Source of the DNA: an uncultured Gammaproteobacteria bacterium
GTDB taxonomy: Bacteria; Patescibacteriota; Patescibacteriia; Patescibacteriales; UBA12465
Direction: 5' to 3'
Assembly: GCA_964483295.1 (NCBI GenBank)
Contig: CAZAAD010000001.1
Location: 27,875 to 91,874, forward strand
Length of the DNA stretch: 64,000 bases
The notes beneath the pieces were generated by a model, which did not search any database, was not told where the DNA came from, and saw nothing but the letters and a program-made list of their open reading frames with translations. Each line of letters opens with the position of its first letter. Position 1 is the first letter of the stretch. Shown here one piece after another: positions 46,629 to 55,187 of this stretch. Made by a program: the position numbers and the translations under genes.

Positions 46629-47900
46629 TCATTGTTCAGTACGCAAAGCTACAATCGGGTCAAGCTTGGCCGCCTGTCTAGCCGGTTGAAGCCCAAATAA
46701 AAGACCACAGCCAACAGAAAACAGGAATGAAATAAGGATGCCTTGTAAAGGCAAGGAAAAATTCCAAGCAATGCCAGCGTAACGCGCTCCGGCACTCAAG
46801 CCATAAGAGACCAGTATCCCAAAAACAGCTCCCAAAAGCCAGCCCCAAAAAGTTATCAAAACCGATTCAATCAAAAACTGAAAAGCAATATCCTTGCCAG
46901 TTGCGCCCATTGATTTACGCAAACCAATTTCTGGGGTTCTTTCCGTTACAGTAACATACATGATATTCATAATTCCTACACCGCCAACTAAAAGCGAGAT
47001 TAAAACAATAGCCAAGAGAAGATAAGTAATAGCATCAGTTACCGTGCCTAAAGTGGAAATCATTTCCTCCATCGTTGAAACACGAAAATCATCTTTATCT
47101 GGATTGCTGATATCGTGGCGCTCGCGAAGTAGCAGCCTAATTTCTTCGGCCGTCTCCTCAGACAAATTTATATCTTCAAGTTGATGGATAAAATACATGG
47201 CATAATCAATTCCTAAAATTTTCTGATGTAGCGTCTTAATCGGAATGTAGGCCATGTCATTAAAATCCATGAAACCGAAAGACCCACCCTGCTCTTCCAA
47301 AACACCAACGACCCTAAATTTTTTAGAGCCAATGCTAACATATTTACCCACGGCCGACTGATCACCAAATAAATCAGTTTTTAATTTATAACCAAGAACG
47401 GCCACCAGATTTTGCGAGCTATCATCTGTTTCGGAAAAAAATTCACCCTCGGCAAGCTTAGTTTTCCGATCTATCTCTTGATAAGCGGCACTGACCCCAA
47501 AAATCGAAACTTTACGCCCTTCACTGCCATAGCTAACTTTCTGCTGACCAAGACTGCCGGCATAACTCTGCCGCACATTTTTCAGCTTATCAATCGCCTC
47601 CATATCCTCAAGTTTCAAGGTAGTAACTTCGCCGACAGAAAAAGAATTCTTAGTGCTTGGCACTTTAATTTCCGTCTGAACAATATCAGTACCATAAGAC
47701 TCAATTTCACCCAAAATATACTGACTCACCCCTTCGCCAGCTGAAAAAACAATTACAATCGAAGCAGCGCCGATAACCACGCCCAGCACGGTTAAACTGG
47801 TCCTAATAATATTAAGACGCAAAGAACGCCACGCTAAAACAAAGGCTGTTTTCAGTCTTTCGCGATAATCAAAAACCATTTCTCTTTTCTTTCCGGACAT
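46629..47900 (-). CDS. ABC transporter permease, MacB/FtsX-like (MacB periplasmic domain + FtsX 4-TM)
   Basis: N-terminal TM + large periplasmic domain + C-terminal FtsX helices (...GIMNIMYVTVTERTPEIGLRKSMGA...). Confidence 0.85.
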   Translation of the reverse strand: MSGKKREMVFDYRERLKTAFVLAWRSLRLNIIRTSLTVLGVVIGAASIVIVFSAGEGVSQYILGEIESYGTDIVQTEIKVPSTKNSFSVGEVTTLKLEDMEAIDKLKNVRQSYAGSLGQQKVSYGSEGRKVSIFGVSAAYQEIDRKTKLAEGEFFSETDDSSQNLVAVLGYKLKTDLFGDQSAVGKYVSIGSKKFRVVGVLEEQGGSFGFMDFNDMAYIPIKTLHQKILGIDYAMYFIHQLEDINLSEETAEEIRLLLRERHDISNPDKDDFRVSTMEEMISTLGTVTDAITYLLLAIVLISLLVGGVGIMNIMYVTVTERTPEIGLRKSMGATGKDIAFQFLIESVLITFWGWLLGAVFGILVSYGLSAGARYAGIAWNFSLPLQGILISFLFSVGCGLLFGLQPARQAAKLDPIVALRTEQ

Positions 47901-47915
47901 ATTTACAAAAACAGC

Positions 47916-49163
47916 TTATTCATAACGCAAAGCATCGATTGGATTAAGCAAGCTGGCGCGCTTGGCGGGATAATAACCGAAAATAACTCCGACTAAAGCG
48001 GAAATACCAACGGCTAAAATGATTGAGGTCCAAGACACAACAAAAGCCCAATCGTAACCCAACGATTTTACAACGACAGATATCAAATAGGAAACCAAAG
48101 CGCCACCAACCAAACCAATTACTCCACCCAGTAGAGTAAGCATTACGGCTTCAATTAAAAACTGGGAACGGACGTTGCGACTAGTAGCACCCAAAGACTT
48201 ACGCAAACCAATTTCCCTGGTTCTTTCGGTTACACTAACTAGCATGATATTCATAATACCAATACCGCCAACCAACAAGGAAATAGCGGCCATCGCCGCT
48301 AAAAAAACACTCATCGCATTAGTTATCCCGGTAATAACTTCTAGGGCATCGCGGAAACTACGCACCGAAAAGTCATCATCAGCCGGATCAGTAAAACCGT
48401 GTCTCTCGCGAAGTAATTGCGCAATTGCTAACATCGTCTCGTCAATATTTTTTTCGTCATCAACTTTAGCCCTAATATAAGAAAGGTAGTCAACGCCGGC
48501 AATTTCTTTCTGAACAAAACGGAGCGGCGCGAAAATAGAATCATCGGGAGTTGAAAAACCAGAAATTCCCCGCTGCTTAAAAACGCCAATCACCTGTAAA
48601 TTACGACTTTTAACTCTTATCTGGCGACCGACAGGATCGCTGTCGCCAAATAATTCCGTGGCGACATTTGAACCTAAAACTGCTAGGTTATCAACGGAAT
48701 CAGCCTCCTCGTCCGTGAAAAAACGCCCCATCTCAATTTCCGCTCTTTCAATTTCTAAATAGTCGCCATTAACCCCCTCTAATTTAGTATCAAAACTAGC
48801 ATCACGATAATAGGCGCTCACGTTAGTTTCATAATAAGAAGCAACGGCTGTGACGCTAGGCACATTGCTACCATTGCCAATAGCTTGAGCATCAGTATCT
48901 TTTAAAGAAGTAACTTTGATGCCAAAAACCATGGCCGGCGGTCCCTTTTCATCAGATTGGCCAGGTAAAATACCAATCAAATCGCTCCCGAAACTATCTA
49001 CCTGACTAAGAATCAAGTGTTGCGCACCAGCGCCTAAAGACATAATTAAAATAACAGCACCGACGCCAATGATAATGCCGAGCATAGTCAAAAAACTCCT
49101 GGTTTTATTGCTCAGGAGGGCGCGCCAGACTATTTTTAAGATTTGCCGGAAATTATCCAACAT
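47916..49163 (-). CDS. ABC transporter permease, MacB/FtsX-like (paralog)
   Basis: It has the same architecture as the upstream permease; ...GIMNIMLVSVTERTREIGLRKSLGA... is paralogous to it. Confidence 0.85.
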   Translation of the reverse strand: MLDNFRQILKIVWRALLSNKTRSFLTMLGIIIGVGAVILIMSLGAGAQHLILSQVDSFGSDLIGILPGQSDEKGPPAMVFGIKVTSLKDTDAQAIGNGSNVPSVTAVASYYETNVSAYYRDASFDTKLEGVNGDYLEIERAEIEMGRFFTDEEADSVDNLAVLGSNVATELFGDSDPVGRQIRVKSRNLQVIGVFKQRGISGFSTPDDSIFAPLRFVQKEIAGVDYLSYIRAKVDDEKNIDETMLAIAQLLRERHGFTDPADDDFSVRSFRDALEVITGITNAMSVFLAAMAAISLLVGGIGIMNIMLVSVTERTREIGLRKSLGATSRNVRSQFLIEAVMLTLLGGVIGLVGGALVSYLISVVVKSLGYDWAFVVSWTSIILAVGISALVGVIFGYYPAKRASLLNPIDALRYE

Positions 49164-49169
49164 AATCGA

Positions 49170-49892
49170 TTATTTTAACAGATTCCCGTCGCCTGCAAAG
49201 CGCCTAGACTTTACTTTCTCGTCGGCAATAATATTTCCATCTTTAAGCCTAATTATTCTCTCCGCGTGTTCGGCGGTAAAAGTTTCGTGGGTGACTAAAA
49301 TAATAGTCTTTCCTTGGGCATGTAAGTCCTGCAGAATACCCATAACCTGATCGCCCGACTTGGAATCCAAATTACCGGTCGGCTCATCAGCAAAAATAAC
49401 TGAAGGGTCGTTTACCAAAGCGCGGGCAATAGCCACCCTTTGCTTCTCGCCACCGGAAATCTGGTTACTAAAATAAGCTAAGCGGTGCCCCAGGCCCACG
49501 CTTTCTAAGACTTTCTTAGCCCGACCATCCATATCATGCTTATTCTCAGAATAAATAAGAGGTAATTTTACATTTTCTAAAACAGAAGTGCGGGACAAAA
49601 GATTAAATGCCTGAAAAACAAAACCGATTTCTTTATTACGGAGATGCGCTAACTCTTCGTCACTAAAGGAAGAAACATCCTTGCCGGCAAAAATATAACG
49701 GCCGCTGCTATGACGATCAAGCATGCCGAGAATATGCATTAAAGTTGATTTACCAGAACCAGACGGACCCATAATCGCCACGAATTCGCCACGATCAAGC
49801 GTAAAGTTCACGCCATTAAGAACGGTGGTTTCTAAATCCCCTAATACATAGTTTTTCTTTAAATCTTGGACTTCAATCAAATGTTGAGACAT
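49170..49892 (-). CDS. ABC transporter ATP-binding protein (MacB/LolD-type)
   Basis: Walker [11 protein letters not shown]-loop, signature [15 protein letters not shown], and Walker [12 protein letters not shown]. Confidence 0.9.
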   Translation of the reverse strand: MSQHLIEVQDLKKNYVLGDLETTVLNGVNFTLDRGEFVAIMGPSGSGKSTLMHILGMLDRHSSGRYIFAGKDVSSFSDEELAHLRNKEIGFVFQAFNLLSRTSVLENVKLPLIYSENKHDMDGRAKKVLESVGLGHRLAYFSNQISGGEKQRVAIARALVNDPSVIFADEPTGNLDSKSGDQVMGILQDLHAQGKTIILVTHETFTAEHAERIIRLKDGNIIADEKVKSRRFAGDGNLLK

Positions 49893-49900
49893 AGGGAATA

Positions 49901-51832
49901 TTATTTTTTTGTGCTCTTGATAAAGGTAATCGCCTGGTCACCAACTTTTAGACCACTCGTGATTTCAATTAAACCATCATCCCCTCTCAGTCCGGTGGAA
50001 ACCGGGGTTTCTACTACTTCTTTCCCAGTTAAAACCCGCACAAATTTCCGGCCCTCCTCTTCAATTACTGCCCGAGCCGGAACTTGTAAAACATTATCGC
50101 GCTTTTCCGTGGTAATAGAGACATTAGCAGTCATGCCAGCTTTTAAAGCTAAATTCCTTGCCTTGAGCATCTCTTGAGTTTTCGCTAAATCATCAAAGCC
50201 AACTTTAACCTTGTAATACACCACGCCCTGAATTATTGTCTGAGCCGGCTCGATAAAGCCGACACTACCATTTAAAACCAAATCCTCAGGGAAAGCATCA
50301 ATCGTAATTGTTGCACTATTACCAAACTTAAGCTTGCTAATATCAGACTCGGAAATATCAAGTTCAATCTCAAAATTATTATCGGCCAACATCTGCACCA
50401 TTGGCTGTCCGGAAACACCAAACTGCTCGCCAGATTCATAATTTACCTGGGTAACGACACCACTCAACGGGGCGACTAAAATACTATCAGCGATTTGCTT
50501 ATCAATACTCGCTAAGCTGGCCTGAGCTTGATTTAACTGGGCTTCAGCTAGTGCAATATCTTGAGCGCGCGCCGGAGCAGACACGCTAGCTAAACGCGAA
50601 CGGGCAAGCAAGACAGCGCTGGAGGCAGTTTCTAAGCGAGCTTGAGCGGCCGCAATTTGCTGATCACCGGATAAACGCAGACTAGCTAAAGAGTTGCGAG
50701 CAGAAGAAATTGCATTATCTAGATTAACTTGTGCCTGACGCAAACTTTCTTCTGCAGCTGCTACAGCTGTTTCATAACCAACTTGAGAATTGTTGTAAGC
50801 CTGTAAAGAATTTTCGACTGCAGTATTGGCGGCAGAGACTTGCGAACTCTGAGTGCTAATTAAAGTTTTATAAGCATCAAGCTCGGCTTGCGTAAACTGC
50901 GCCCAAGTAATCGTAGCCTCGAGTAGTGAATAGGCGTAATTTAAAGACTGGTTCGCCTTGGAAAGAAAATTTCTCACTGCCGTAGCGGCGGCGTTAATGT
51001 CATAATCAGCGCCACTGGCTTTAGCTCGAGAAACAGCGCTTTCGGCTGTCGGCAATAGAGCAAGAGCGGCAATGCGACTGTTTTCCGTATCGCTTAAAGT
51101 AGAGCTATTTTTAACCCCCAAAACGTTTTCGGCGTCATCATCTTCGAGCAGCGTATAAAGATTATCCATGGCAATTTTGCCAGTCAGAATTTTATCGCCT
51201 AAAACTAACAATAATGAAGCGCGGCTGTTATCAACTAACTTTTGGTTAGATTTCTTAGTGTTTTCTAAAGCAGTAGTCGCCGAAACGACTGCCTGCTCTT
51301 GTGGAGTCGGCGTGCTCAGTGCTGTCGATTCTAAATCACGCAAAGTTTTTTCCGCCTGGACTATATTTTCCGCCACTGTTTTTTTAATTTTTTCCAAATC
51401 AGTGCGCGCAGCGCTCTCATTGGCCTGCGCCTGTTCAATTTCCGAACGACTGACAGCTACCGTCTCCAAACTGGCACCAGCAATAATTTTGGATAAGCTC
51501 GCTTCAGCAATCCTTAAACCGGCTTCAGCCTCAGAGCGCTTAATCGCCAAAGAGGCAGAATCAAGAGCGGCGAGCGGCGTACCGGAAGCAACTTCATCCC
51601 CAATCTTGACATAGATATTGCTTATCCTGCCCGCGGATAAAAAATTTAAAGACAATTCTTGAACCGGTTTGACAGTTCCCGTTTCGCTCACAGTCTGTAC
51701 CAGAGGGCCAGACACAACTTCCACGGTTGAATACTCTTCCGTCTTCTTTCCTCCGGACAAAATTATTAAGATAACAATAACAGCGGCCATGGGAAACAAA
51801 ATCAGCCACCGCTTCTTCGGTATTTTTTTCAT
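49901..51832 (-). CDS. Efflux transporter periplasmic adaptor (HlyD/MacA-family membrane fusion protein) with an extended Ala-rich coiled-coil
   Basis: N-terminal TM, a lipoyl/beta-barrel N-terminal segment, a ~350-aa Ala/Gln-rich coiled-coil, and the C-terminal beta-barrel ...VLQVPARAV... Confidence 0.8.
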   Translation of the reverse strand: MKKIPKKRWLILFPMAAVIVILIILSGGKKTEEYSTVEVVSGPLVQTVSETGTVKPVQELSLNFLSAGRISNIYVKIGDEVASGTPLAALDSASLAIKRSEAEAGLRIAEASLSKIIAGASLETVAVSRSEIEQAQANESAARTDLEKIKKTVAENIVQAEKTLRDLESTALSTPTPQEQAVVSATTALENTKKSNQKLVDNSRASLLLVLGDKILTGKIAMDNLYTLLEDDDAENVLGVKNSSTLSDTENSRIAALALLPTAESAVSRAKASGADYDINAAATAVRNFLSKANQSLNYAYSLLEATITWAQFTQAELDAYKTLISTQSSQVSAANTAVENSLQAYNNSQVGYETAVAAAEESLRQAQVNLDNAISSARNSLASLRLSGDQQIAAAQARLETASSAVLLARSRLASVSAPARAQDIALAEAQLNQAQASLASIDKQIADSILVAPLSGVVTQVNYESGEQFGVSGQPMVQMLADNNFEIELDISESDISKLKFGNSATITIDAFPEDLVLNGSVGFIEPAQTIIQGVVYYKVKVGFDDLAKTQEMLKARNLALKAGMTANVSITTEKRDNVLQVPARAVIEEEGRKFVRVLTGKEVVETPVSTGLRGDDGLIEITSGLKVGDQAITFIKSTKK

Positions 51833-51993
51833 ATTATTCCAATAATATAATTGATATGCTTAAATCATAGCAAAAAATCGAGAAAAAAGCCAGGCAGAAA
51901 GAATTGCCTAATATTTGACACCGAGACAAATATTATTGTAAGTTAGAGGCACAGATATCGTACTTTAAAAACAACAAATAAAAACTAAAAATC

Positions 51994-52980
51994 ATGTTAA
52001 AAATCTTTTATAATCCGGAACAGCCGGAGCTGATTTTTTCAGTAGCCGCTATTATGTTGTCAACTGACAACTTGTACCCCTTCTCTATTCCCAGAACAGC
52101 CAGCGAAATGCACAATGCCGGTCCGCCGCTGATAGTTCTAAAAGAAAGATTAGCAGAACAGGAGGATGATTTAGAATTTGAAGAAGAACTGATGGAGCTT
52201 GAAGACGAAGAAGAATATATTGTTGTCGGCATCCACCCGCAAGAGCCCGGAGACGAAGAAATTTTAATCAAATTTCTGGAAAAATATGAAAACAACATCA
52301 AGCTCTGGGTAGATAACCATGAATGGTCGCCGGGACTAGCCAAATACTTTACTGAGTCAACCGCTCCCACTTTTATTGACAATAACTGTTCATGCCTAGA
52401 ACTACTGGCTCGAGCCGGCTACTTAATCCCTGAGTTTTGGCTTAAGTCTGAAAAAGCCTTAATTAAAGCTGATATGCGTAATCCACTCGCCGCCCGTTAT
52501 TTCACGGCGATGCTGGTAAATCGTACTATCGGTAAAAACAACAACCAGGAAAGAGATTATGAAGCCCAACTATTTTTAGCCACCGTAGATGAAATAATTT
52601 CAGCGGAAAAAAGTGAACTCATCAGCGAGCTAGGCGAAGTTTTTCAGGACATGATTAAAAAAACCAAAGCCATCAAGGAGCGGCTAACTGATAAAAACCC
52701 GATTTTCCAGCGCGCCAAAGCAATCGGGAGACCAATTGGCTGCCTGTTATTAGACCGGATTGATTACTATCTCAACGTTGAGGCCATCATTAACTATGGA
52801 GCCCAAAAATTTCCTTGGCTCTGCGTTCTCGGCTTCTATTATCAAGACCGTTATCGGATTGTATTTCATTCGGAAAAAATGCCAATCAGCGACCTTATTT
52901 CCGGATACAAACCGGCTGAAATCAGCATCCCGGAGATGTTAGCTATTATGCAGGAAGAAGTTCTACGCTACAAAGAGTAA
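51994..52980 (+). CDS. Hypothetical protein (328 aa) with an acidic Glu/Asp stretch
   Basis: ORF followed by an intrinsic terminator. It contains ...EQEDDLEFEEELMELEDEEEY... No family recognised. Confidence 0.5.
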   Translation: MLKIFYNPEQPELIFSVAAIMLSTDNLYPFSIPRTASEMHNAGPPLIVLKERLAEQEDDLEFEEELMELEDEEEYIVVGIHPQEPGDEEILIKFLEKYENNIKLWVDNHEWSPGLAKYFTESTAPTFIDNNCSCLELLARAGYLIPEFWLKSEKALIKADMRNPLAARYFTAMLVNRTIGKNNNQERDYEAQLFLATVDEIISAEKSELISELGEVFQDMIKKTKAIKERLTDKNPIFQRAKAIGRPIGCLLLDRIDYYLNVEAIINYGAQKFPWLCVLGFYYQDRYRIVFHSEKMPISDLISGYKPAEISIPEMLAIMQEEVLRYKE

Positions 52981-52990
52981 ATAACTTTTG

Positions 52991-53020
52991 CAAGCCCGCG
53001 CTAACGCCGGGCTTTTTTAT
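52991..53020 (+). terminator. Rho-independent terminator
   Basis: AAGCCCGCGCTAACGCCGGGCTTTTTTATTTG. Confidence 0.65.
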
Positions 53021-53075
53021 TTGCGGCATTCAAGAAGGGATGATAAGATAAAAAAGCCTTAACAAATATAAAAAT

Positions 53076-53573
53076 ATGCGCGTACCAATCAGAAAGGGCG
53101 ACCCCAGAATGTTTACCAAAATTGACCCTGCCATGACAATTCAAAAATACGAGGAGCTTAAAGGTAAACTAGAGTTTATGAAAAAAGTTAAGCGTCCTCG
53201 TGAAGCTGAAGAGGTTAAGCGTCTGGCGCTCATGGGCGATTTCTCAGAAAATGCCGGCTATCAATTAGCTAAAGGGCGGCTGCGGGGACTAAACCAAAGA
53301 ATTTTAGATTTAGAAAACTTGCTCGGACGAGCAGAAATAATAAAACCAACGAAGGACGGGGTGGTGCGCTTGGGCAGCTTTGTCACTATCGAACGCGAAG
53401 GCAAAATTAAAAAATATCAAATTCTCGGCACAGCCGAAACAAATCCCCAGGCAGGGATAATTTCTCATAACTCGCCGCTCGGCAGCGCATTAATAAATAA
53501 AAAAGTAGGCGATTTAGTATCAATAGAAATAAACGGTCGCGCTGCTCAATATTTAATAAAAGCGGTGGAATAA
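53076..53573 (+). CDS. greA: Transcription elongation factor GreA (the start is possibly ATG 53109, giving a 154-aa product)
   Basis: The coiled-coil N-terminus ...YEELKGKLEFMKKVKRPREAEEVKRLALMGDFSENAGYQLAKGRL..., and the FKBP-like C-terminus ...VRLGSFVTIER... Confidence 0.85.
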   Translation: MRVPIRKGDPRMFTKIDPAMTIQKYEELKGKLEFMKKVKRPREAEEVKRLALMGDFSENAGYQLAKGRLRGLNQRILDLENLLGRAEIIKPTKDGVVRLGSFVTIEREGKIKKYQILGTAETNPQAGIISHNSPLGSALINKKVGDLVSIEINGRAAQYLIKAVE

Positions 53574-53582
53574 AAAAGTGAA

Positions 53583-53618
53583 ATAAAAAAAGAGGCTGCT
53601 TGTTAGCAACCTCTTCAC
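53583..53618 (-). terminator. Rho-independent terminator for the minus-strand purine operon
   Basis: The minus strand reads GAAGAGGTTGCTAACAAGCAGCCTCTT + TTTTTTATTTC. Confidence 0.55.
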
Positions 53619-53638
53619 GTAGTAAGACTGAAACTTAA

Positions 53639-53980
53639 TCAGTCTTTTTTTGTTTGACTTTTCAGTCTCACGTTTTTGCCTTTCATCTGTTCCAAATCAA
53701 TTTTCTTAGCCGGTTTTTTTTCGCCAAACTCCCAAAGCTTTAGCTGCCCGTTTTTTCCTTGGCGGGAATAAACTTTGAAGCGAAGTGAGAATTTGTGCCG
53801 GTTGTCATATAATTCTTGGACGAAAGAGTACTTTTCAATCTGAAACACCGAAATTTCTCGCCCCTCGGAATCGGTTATCGCAAAATTTTCATCCAGCTGA
53901 TTAACAGCTAACAATCTTTTCGCAATAATCTCATTCGTATGAGCGCCAATCGGCTCAACGAACCAATAGGTTTTTTTCAT
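53639..53980 (-). CDS. Hypothetical protein (~113 aa) at the 3' end of the purCE-purM operon
   Basis: ORF starting at MKKTYWF. The longer upstream starts overlap purM. No family recognised. Confidence 0.4.
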   Translation of the reverse strand: MKKTYWFVEPIGAHTNEIIAKRLLAVNQLDENFAITDSEGREISVFQIEKYSFVQELYDNRHKFSLRFKVYSRQGKNGQLKLWEFGEKKPAKKIDLEQMKGKNVRLKSQTKKD

Positions 53981-53993
53981 TGGCAAATACTTT

Positions 53994-55172
53994 TTAATAG
54001 TTGAAGTTACCAAAGGGCGTTTGAAACTTAATTTCATTCTTTTCCGAATTCGATCCAGCTTCAACCTCTCCTAAATGACACCATTCAATTTCACAACGAT
54101 CCGTCGCCGCCTTAATAGCGTCAAACAAAATTGGGCTATTAACGCCAACAATATCAATACCGACACCGCAATTGAATGACTTATACATATTAAACCACGA
54201 TTCCCCGCTCTCTTCCTTAATCAACTGGAAAATTGACGGTGGAACCGGCATTACTTTAGAGTAGCAGACTCCTTTCCCGATTCGGGAAATCTTAGTGGCA
54301 CCGCCACCGGTGTTCATCGTTATTCCAGAAATTAAAGGCAACGCTTTTCTTTTTTTTAATTCAGACAGAATTTCATGAATCACAATTGCCCATTGCCTAG
54401 TTGGCGATGTTAATGCTTGACCAACTGTCATTTCTGGCAAAGCGTGCGCTTTGCTGCCGGGGAAAAATTGGCCGCGATAGGAATTTCGACCACGCAACTG
54501 CGGATATTTTTCATTAAACATCCGAGACATTAAAACGGTACGCGCCATCGTTAAGCCATTCGACATTAAGCCGGAATTTATTTCTTCCTCCCAGGCAGCC
54601 TGACCATCACTCATTAAACCAATAATCACTTCTCCCGGCTTAGTATCACCGGATATTAAGAAGCGTTTCTTAGTCCAAGCAGTAACGGCGACATCAAAGG
54701 TACCAGATGAAACTTGATCGGGTAAATCAGCTGTTTCGCCTCCCAAAAATCGCAAATCGAGATCGTAAAGACGGTACAGTGCCTTCAACTCTGAAAAGCG
54801 CTGAGCAACTTTGTCCATGATTATTTTTTTCAAATCAGCCGTAACGCCAAGATTTAAAACATCAGAGACAATAATTGGACCGAAAACAAATCCGGCTGCC
54901 GCGATATCTCCCGTATTCATCGAAAGAGCATCATCTACCATACCCAAAAAGATATTCTCATCGCCTGTTTCGTAATAATGAAGCAAGCGCTGAATAAACT
55001 TACTACCATCGCCATCTTGATGCTGAGTCAAAACGCGTTTCGGGTTAAGGGGATCGGAAATCACGTTCACGAAAGCATTCGGATATTCGTTATCGACCAC
55101 TTTTTCGAAGGTGTCGCAGACGCTTTTTTTGCTCGAATCAACTCCGAGCTGTTCATACATGCTTTTTTCCAT
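53994..55172 (-). CDS. purM: Phosphoribosylformylglycinamidine cyclo-ligase (AIR synthetase) PurM-family protein
   Basis: The blocks align by eye to E. coli PurM. YEQLGVD aligns with YKDAGVD, and DGDGSKF with DGVGTK. FLGGETADLP aligns with LVGGETAEMP, and GLMSNGLTMAR with GPHSNGYSLVR. SGITMNTGGG aligns with HLTGGG, and MYKSFNCGVGIDIV with MYRTFNCGVGMII. Confidence 0.7.
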   Translation of the reverse strand: MEKSMYEQLGVDSSKKSVCDTFEKVVDNEYPNAFVNVISDPLNPKRVLTQHQDGDGSKFIQRLLHYYETGDENIFLGMVDDALSMNTGDIAAAGFVFGPIIVSDVLNLGVTADLKKIIMDKVAQRFSELKALYRLYDLDLRFLGGETADLPDQVSSGTFDVAVTAWTKKRFLISGDTKPGEVIIGLMSDGQAAWEEEINSGLMSNGLTMARTVLMSRMFNEKYPQLRGRNSYRGQFFPGSKAHALPEMTVGQALTSPTRQWAIVIHEILSELKKRKALPLISGITMNTGGGATKISRIGKGVCYSKVMPVPPSIFQLIKEESGESWFNMYKSFNCGVGIDIVGVNSPILFDAIKAATDRCEIEWCHLGEVEAGSNSEKNEIKFQTPFGNFNY

Positions 55173-55187
55173 GGTTTCGTTTTTTCG

